A stretch of 57,988 nt of DNA, taken from positions 1 through 57,988 of the IMG/VR virus record IMGVR_UViG_3300031965_000033; one strand, written 5' to 3'. Both the position numbers and the translations under genes were made by a program. Positions 53,251 to 57,988 of the stretch are shown piece after piece. Numbering within the stretch: position 1 is the first letter of the stretch; every line of letters starts with the position of its first letter. A model generated the notes under the pieces. It did no database searches, was not told the DNA's origin, and saw only the letters and a list, made by a program, of their open reading frames with translations. This stretch comes from a virus.

Positions 53251-54354
53251 ATGCCGGTCAACTGGGGCGATTTGTATTGGGGGGAATTCTACTGGGGCGA
53301 GCTTCCTGGTCCGCTCAGTCGCTTCTCCGGGCAGCGCCGCGCTCCGCTCAACTCCGACTCGACGATCATCATGGCGAATCCTGGATGGTACGGCGAACGA
53401 CATGTCCGTGTCGGCAATCTCGCGGTCGGCTGGCGCGTCAACGGGGCGGGACGGCTGTCGTGCCACATGGCCGCTCGCGACGCGCACGCGTTGGGATTCG
53501 ATGCACTCCTGGGACGCTGGGTCTGGTGGTCGGGGCCAACCGGCGCATGGGCCGGGATTGTTGAGGACGTGAACGCCGATGTGTCGACCGGGATTGTTGA
53601 ACTGAGTTGCACCGATATGGGCAGCCTGCTCGATCTCATGATCACCCCGCGCACCTATCGCCAAACGTCTAGCTCGCCAGGTGCGTTGATCGGACGCGCG
53701 ATCCGGGATAGCGGCGTCGATAGCGGATCGTGGTTTACCCGCATGATCATCGACGAGGACGGCGCTCCGGTCACAATCGAATGGCGTGGCGAGCAAACCA
53801 GCAACGTCGTGCGGCTTTTGGCAAACCGCGCGGGCGGACAATGGTACGTCGCGATCGAAGCGGACAAGAGTCTGACCTTCACCTATCGCGCGATCCCCCG
53901 CGACATGCGCGGTTCACTACTACTCGTCGAGGGGCTCAATGTCCTCTCCGGCTCGATTCGGCCGGGCATTTCCAATATGGTCAATGACCTGCTCGGGGTG
54001 GCGAATGACCGCGACTGGCAACGGGCGGGCGCGGCGCGGGCGATCAATCAGGCATCGGTGCGGCTCTACGATCGTCGCAGGGCAACGAAACGCTATCAGG
54101 GTCATACCGGCAAAGCATCGCTCGAAACCGTCACCCGCGCGGACGTGGATGTGCTGAGCGTGCCGTCCGGGCCGGTTTCACTGGATATGTTCGCCGGCGA
54201 TCGCACGGTGACCGATCTGCGCATCGGCGATCTCGTGACGTTGTGGTCGCGGTCCCAGAACCGTGTGTACGACCTGACGATGTTAGGGCTTGCGGAAGAT
54301 ACGAATAGGGGAACGATTACTGTCGTGGGCAGTGTGGTGGAGTCTGAGACATGA
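53251..54354 (+). CDS. Tail protein (baseplate/tip-associated, putative)
   Basis: 367 aa in the tail-tip block. Confidence 0.6.
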   Translation: MPVNWGDLYWGEFYWGELPGPLSRFSGQRRAPLNSDSTIIMANPGWYGERHVRVGNLAVGWRVNGAGRLSCHMAARDAHALGFDALLGRWVWWSGPTGAWAGIVEDVNADVSTGIVELSCTDMGSLLDLMITPRTYRQTSSSPGALIGRAIRDSGVDSGSWFTRMIIDEDGAPVTIEWRGEQTSNVVRLLANRAGGQWYVAIEADKSLTFTYRAIPRDMRGSLLLVEGLNVLSGSIRPGISNMVNDLLGVANDRDWQRAGAARAINQASVRLYDRRRATKRYQGHTGKASLETVTRADVDVLSVPSGPVSLDMFAGDRTVTDLRIGDLVTLWSRSQNRVYDLTMLGLAEDTNRGTITVVGSVVESET

Positions 54355-54559
54355 GATCACGCAGCGCCTTCGCATACAGTCCAGTGGGAGAGCGAGTTCC
54401 ATGCTCCCAATGCCACACGGCCATTTCGGAGCAACCGATGAGCGCGGCGAATGCAACCTGGGTTAGTCCTAAACGAGTTCGCAAGTCGCGGATGGATTCT
54501 TTAGTGAGCGGCTCCTGCATACGACGAATCATCCTCTCCGCGCGTGACCTCTTTCTCAT
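54317..54559 (-). CDS. XRE-family HTH regulator (lone minus-strand gene in the tail-tip region)
   Basis: IRDLRTRLGLTQVAFAALIGCSEMAVWHWEHG. Overlaps the 3' end of the tail gene by 38 nt. Confidence 0.75.
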   Translation of the reverse strand: MRKRSRAERMIRRMQEPLTKESIRDLRTRLGLTQVAFAALIGCSEMAVWHWEHGTRSPTGLYAKALRDLMSQTPPHCPRQ

Positions 54560-54566
54560 CTCAGTC

Positions 54567-54600
54567 AGTATAACATGTGATACTATCCGTCTCAGGGCAG
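54567..54600 (-). promoter_or_regulatory. Promoter/operator for the XRE gene
   Basis: Minus-strand TATACT ends 7 nt before the ATG (leaderless-type spacing), with -35-like CTGAGA. Imperfect palindrome gtataacatgtgatac at 54568-54583. Confidence 0.4.
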
Positions 54601-54637
54601 ATCACGATGGTCGGTCAGACGACGGAAAGGTATCACG

Positions 54638-55261
54638 ATGGTTGGGACGACATGGTCCAGGAGAGCAGTCATTGGCGGCGGGGGCTTAGGCATGGTCAGT
54701 CGATTGATCGATCCCACGCGGGACATTGAGCGGGCAGCGGACGCCCAGCATGGCGTCATCACGCAGCGCGAATTGCGGCGCGAGATCGATCAGGCCGGGA
54801 AGCTCGACGCACAGTCGGATCGCACACAGCGCACCTTTACGTTCGAAACACTCTCTCGCTATTTCTTCGACGTGCCGTCAAATACGGATTCGATCATGGG
54901 TGACATCATGGTTGATTCGGCGTCGACGATAACCCTGATGACGATTACGGACGATGTGCCGTTGCAATGCCGCATCGCCGTCCTCAGGGTCAAGTCGACC
55001 GCCAACGTCTCCGCTGGCACCCTTATTCCAGTCGTGCGGGTCTATGAGGATGGGGTCCCAGTCGATTACGCGTTCGACACATGCGAGCTGAGTGCGGGCG
55101 ACCATAGTCGCAGAAACTCGGCCGTCTTCGATTGGCCGTCAGCGATCCAGATCGCAAAAAACAACGCGTGGCAGATCATCGCGCGGACGGATGCAGCGTT
55201 TGTCGCAACAACAGCCGATGTGAAGGTTGACATCACATTCCAATATGAGCAATGGATATGA
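54638..55261 (+). CDS. Hypothetical protein (tail fibre-associated?)
   Basis: GGAAAGG lies 7 nt before ATG 54638; 207 aa. Confidence 0.6.
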   Translation: MVGTTWSRRAVIGGGGLGMVSRLIDPTRDIERAADAQHGVITQRELRREIDQAGKLDAQSDRTQRTFTFETLSRYFFDVPSNTDSIMGDIMVDSASTITLMTITDDVPLQCRIAVLRVKSTANVSAGTLIPVVRVYEDGVPVDYAFDTCELSAGDHSRRNSAVFDWPSAIQIAKNNAWQIIARTDAAFVATTADVKVDITFQYEQWI

Positions 55262-55272
55262 CGCTAACTAAA

Positions 55273-55848
55273 TTACACCATAGACCTGATTCGTCTTTGG
55301 TAGGCTTGGTTTCTCGCGCGCCCACAAGTTCGGCACTCACGACCACCATCCTTACGCTGGATCGTGTTCTCCGGCGTGAACTCATGGCCACGAAGGCAAT
55401 GTGTTTTTACCGCATTCAGAGCGGCATCGGCATTGCCGCGAAGTACATTGACCTGATGGGTCACAGGTTCAAGGTGATCGGGTCGAATGCAGTTTCGGTG
55501 AGTGCATTCACTTGTCTTGACGTGATCGATCTCGTGCCCCTCGGGGATTGGGCCAACGTGAAGCTCATACGAAAAGCGATGAGCGCGAACCTGCTTCACT
55601 CCGTCGTAAAAAACTCCATACCCTCTGTCAGTGAGTTGACCGGTCCAAAGCCAACAAGTTTCAGTCTTATTGACGTAAGACCAAAATCGGACGATGGGGT
55701 CTGTTTTGCGACCACTACCAGAAATGCCGAAATAGCACGTTCGAGAGCAGTACCTTCCCTTGCCTCTCGCATGCAGCGAGCGATAGATATCAAACGACTT
55801 GCCACAGTTCTGGCAAACGCATTGAACCTTGGTAGACTCACGGGGCAT
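55273..55848 (-). CDS. HNH homing-type endonuclease (HNH_3-like) with N-terminal zinc ribbon
   Basis: CQNCGKSF..YCSRTC; RFWSYVNK..CWLWTG..RGYGVF..AHRFSY..HEIDHV..CIRPDHLEPVTH. Paralogue of 2096..2740. Confidence 0.85.
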   Translation of the reverse strand: MPRESTKVQCVCQNCGKSFDIYRSLHARGKGRYCSRTCYFGISGSGRKTDPIVRFWSYVNKTETCWLWTGQLTDRGYGVFYDGVKQVRAHRFSYELHVGPIPEGHEIDHVKTSECTHRNCIRPDHLEPVTHQVNVLRGNADAALNAVKTHCLRGHEFTPENTIQRKDGGRECRTCGRARNQAYQRRIRSMV

Positions 55849-55956
55849 TGGATTGGTCTCCTTATCCGAGACGATGAAGGTGTCTTATGCCGCGGCCCAC
55901 TCCAATGGGTGCGCGGCTTTTCCGTGCCTGAATTATACCCGATTTAGCTAGGAGCA

Positions 55957-56388
55957 ATGCACATGGAGCCAGTTGAGATCGTCCCGCGAACGCCAGCCGA
56001 ACAACGGGCCGCAGATCGCGTCCAGTGGGTGAGCGGATCGATTCCGCAGTTACGCCGGAAATGGAGCGGGCGCTGTGTTACGTGCGCGAATTGGGAGCCG
56101 AGGAGTGAGGGATCACTTGGATCGTGCTCATGGTTAACTAGCGACGAAGCGCTCATGGTCATCCTGATTGGCACCGATCTCCCTATTCCCACCGCACCGG
56201 AATTTGGCTGTATCGGCTGGGCCGAGATCGTCCCGGAAATGACCGAGGTGGTGATCGAGCATCGCGGTCAAGTCGAGATCGTCCACCGGGAGCTTGCGGG
56301 CCCGGTTCGCGATCGCACGGAATTCGCCATCGCGGCGGGATTGATGCCTGACCTGCCGGTGGAGCAAGAGCTCGCGTCGCCACGATAG
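55957..56388 (+). CDS. Hypothetical protein
   Basis: TAGGAGC RBS; 143 aa. Confidence 0.55.
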   Translation: MHMEPVEIVPRTPAEQRAADRVQWVSGSIPQLRRKWSGRCVTCANWEPRSEGSLGSCSWLTSDEALMVILIGTDLPIPTAPEFGCIGWAEIVPEMTEVVIEHRGQVEIVHRELAGPVRDRTEFAIAAGLMPDLPVEQELASPR

Positions 56389-56462
56389 ACACCGGAGCAC
56401 AGCACCCAGCCACACTCGCGATGATTGCACGCGAGCGGCCCGTCGCAGGAAATGATCTATGA

Positions 56463-56866
56463 ATGGAACGATGGCTCGAACAACATTGGCATTGGATCGC
56501 ATCCGCAGCCTCGATTCTTGGTGGCTGGTTTGGGCGCCACCGGCTTGGCTCCCTGCGGCGATCAATCAACCGGCTCAACAACCAAGCCAATCAAATCGCG
56601 AGCTTAGAGAACGAATTGCAGCTCTGCGCAGACACCAGGGATTACGTCATGCGGGCACTCCAAGAGATCGCGGATACAACGGAACTCTTGGATCGGGCCC
56701 AAGCCCGAGCGATGAGGATGTCGAAAGCGTCGTCCGAAAAATCTTCTCTACCCTTGACCGGATCGCCGAGTTCGGCATCAGGACCGGCTTCCTCGATCCC
56801 GACCCGCCGAGCCTCGCCCCGCGCAACCCGCGTGCACCCCACCCGAAAGTGAAGGCGAAGCCGTGA
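56463..56866 (+). CDS. Membrane/coiled-coil protein requiring a -1 frame change near the A5 run at 56737-56741
   Basis: The 5' half codes in frame 0 (TM WIASAASILGGWF plus a coiled coil). The 3' half codes in the -1 frame, which has no start codon and ends in a GTGA overlap with the next gene. Confidence 0.4.
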
Positions 56867-57147
56867 ATAACTGGCATTGGGAAACGTGTCCGAGTTGCAA
56901 CGGTACGGGCGAGACTAAGCGGTTGGCTAGTTGTGGATATTCATCAGGTATGAAAGTCACCCATCCAATGTTCTTTGAATCGTGGGTGACTGTCATATGC
57001 GAGTGCTGCCAGCGACAGGGGCAGTTGCGAATCCCCAACGGCTATCACCTGAAACAGAATGAAGTCACCGTCACGATCAGCATAAATACGACGAACCCGC
57101 CTGTATTTACGCCGAGCGACACGCACATCAAGGAGGGACTCGCGTGA
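56863..57147 (+). CDS. Zinc-finger protein (CxxCxGxG)
   Basis: GTGA overlap. Motifs CPSCNGTG and CECC. Confidence 0.6.
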   Translation: MNNWHWETCPSCNGTGETKRLASCGYSSGMKVTHPMFFESWVTVICECCQRQGQLRIPNGYHLKQNEVTVTISINTTNPPVFTPSDTHIKEGLA

Positions 57148-57638
57148 GCATCCGCGAGAATTGGAACGCCTTGTCTGATCGGTGGCGAACGTTTTTCATC
57201 TGGTTCGTGCCGCTGTGGTGTTCGTTTGGCCTCTTCGCGGCGGATTGGGTGTGGCGGATGAACGACGGCCCGCCAAATTCGAACGAGTCGCGACGACTTG
57301 CGATCCGCGCGGGGGTCGCGTTTCTGTTCTGGGTGGCCATCAAGCTTGCCTTTACCCGTGGGTGGACGTTTGACGCCATCGGTTCCATCTGGGCGCTTGC
57401 CGGGGTTGCCGGGGCCTTTGTCCGCATCTTCGGTCAATTGGGTCCGGCACCGGGAGACCACGAATATGTCGCCATCTGGTCTGCGATCGATGTCGGCACC
57501 ACGATCCTATTGTTAGGCCTCCCCATTTGGCTGATCGTGCATCTGTTCCACCAGCACGGAGTTGATCCACCGTGGGACGGGAGCGAGCGGCGGGTGGAGC
57601 AACGGCGGCGCTGGCCGGACCGGAGACAGGACGAGTGA
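57144..57638 (+). CDS. Four-TM membrane protein (holin candidate)
   Basis: GTGA overlap. Four hydrophobic helices and a charged C-terminus. Lies upstream of the endolysin across the junction. Confidence 0.55.
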   Translation: MSIRENWNALSDRWRTFFIWFVPLWCSFGLFAADWVWRMNDGPPNSNESRRLAIRAGVAFLFWVAIKLAFTRGWTFDAIGSIWALAGVAGAFVRIFGQLGPAPGDHEYVAIWSAIDVGTTILLLGLPIWLIVHLFHQHGVDPPWDGSERRVEQRRRWPDRRQDE

Positions 57639-57988
57639 GCGTTCGTGACGGAATTCACCAGCACGAGATGAGTAGGAGGGTACCCGATTGGATCGTGTAC
57701 ACGATGATTGCGGCGGTGTCGCTCCTGTTCGGGTTCGCACTCTCCCCTTTTGGTTCGAACGAGCAATCCGAGTCACGCCCCTCCACATTGCAACAAGCTC
57801 CCATCTTCGAAACGGAAGCAGCGGCAAATCTATTGCAGATGACCCCATCAATCACGCGCGTTCCAAGCGCAACCGCGACCCGCTACCCGACGGAGGTCCC
57901 GCCACCGACGACGATCCCATCAACAGCGGTCCCCTGGTGCTCCACACGGACCAAGAAGATGGAGATTTGTCAGCACTCGGGGTCAGTT
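57635..57988 (+). CDS. 5' part of junction-spanning ORF: N-terminal TM anchor + Pro/Thr-rich region (continues at 128..208)
   Basis: GTGA overlap at 57635 (alternative ATG 57668). TM WIVYTMIAAVSLLFGFAL. No stop before the contig end. Confidence 0.5.
   Translation, partial: MSVRDGIHQHEMSRRVPDWIVYTMIAAVSLLFGFALSPFGSNEQSESRPSTLQQAPIFETEAAANLLQMTPSITRVPSATATRYPTEVPPPTTIPSTAVPWCSTRTKKMEICQHSGSV
57862..57988. repeat. Terminal direct repeat, right copy (identical to 1..127)
   Basis: Exact 127-nt identity with the contig start. Confidence 0.95.

Noticed and set aside
1-57988. Diversity-generating retroelement or retron associated with the tail fibre/repeat genes
   Set aside because: I looked for a reverse transcriptase (YxDD-type motifs) and for template/variable repeat pairs near the tail and repeat-protein genes. 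None was seen.

Overview
This window is a complete, self-closing genome (57,861 bp unique, with identical 127-bp ends) of a GC-rich temperate tailed phage with siphovirus-type tail genes. Module order: lysis genes (two-domain endolysin and membrane proteins, with the cassette spanning the contig junction); an HNH gene; a tRNA-like/small-RNA locus; a large serine integrase; two orphan DNA methyltransferases; a CI/Cro-type switch; about 35 small early genes. Next come a Prim-Pol/helicase followed by an iteron-rich origin-like region, a VRR-NUC nuclease, a ParB-like + Mom-like pair, and terminase. The structural genes are Mu-type head genes (portal, F-like protein, I-type protease/scaffold, decoration protein, capsid), connectors, major tail protein, G/GT chaperones with a CCCAAAA -1 slip site, tape measure and large tail-tip proteins. 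Three things stand out. (i) A ~3-kb island with its own back-to-back promoters splits the tail module; it encodes a GIY-YIG operon and an orphan RAMP-like protein, followed by a C-rich CGAC-repeat tract ending in a CRISPR-repeat-like hairpin and a strong terminator. (ii) A tandem small-RNA locus holds two tRNA-like elements and a pseudoknotted ~280-nt RNA. (iii) A 2H-phosphoesterase domain is fused to the prohead protease/scaffold protein. All functional calls rest on motifs and synteny read by eye; no database or folding software was run.
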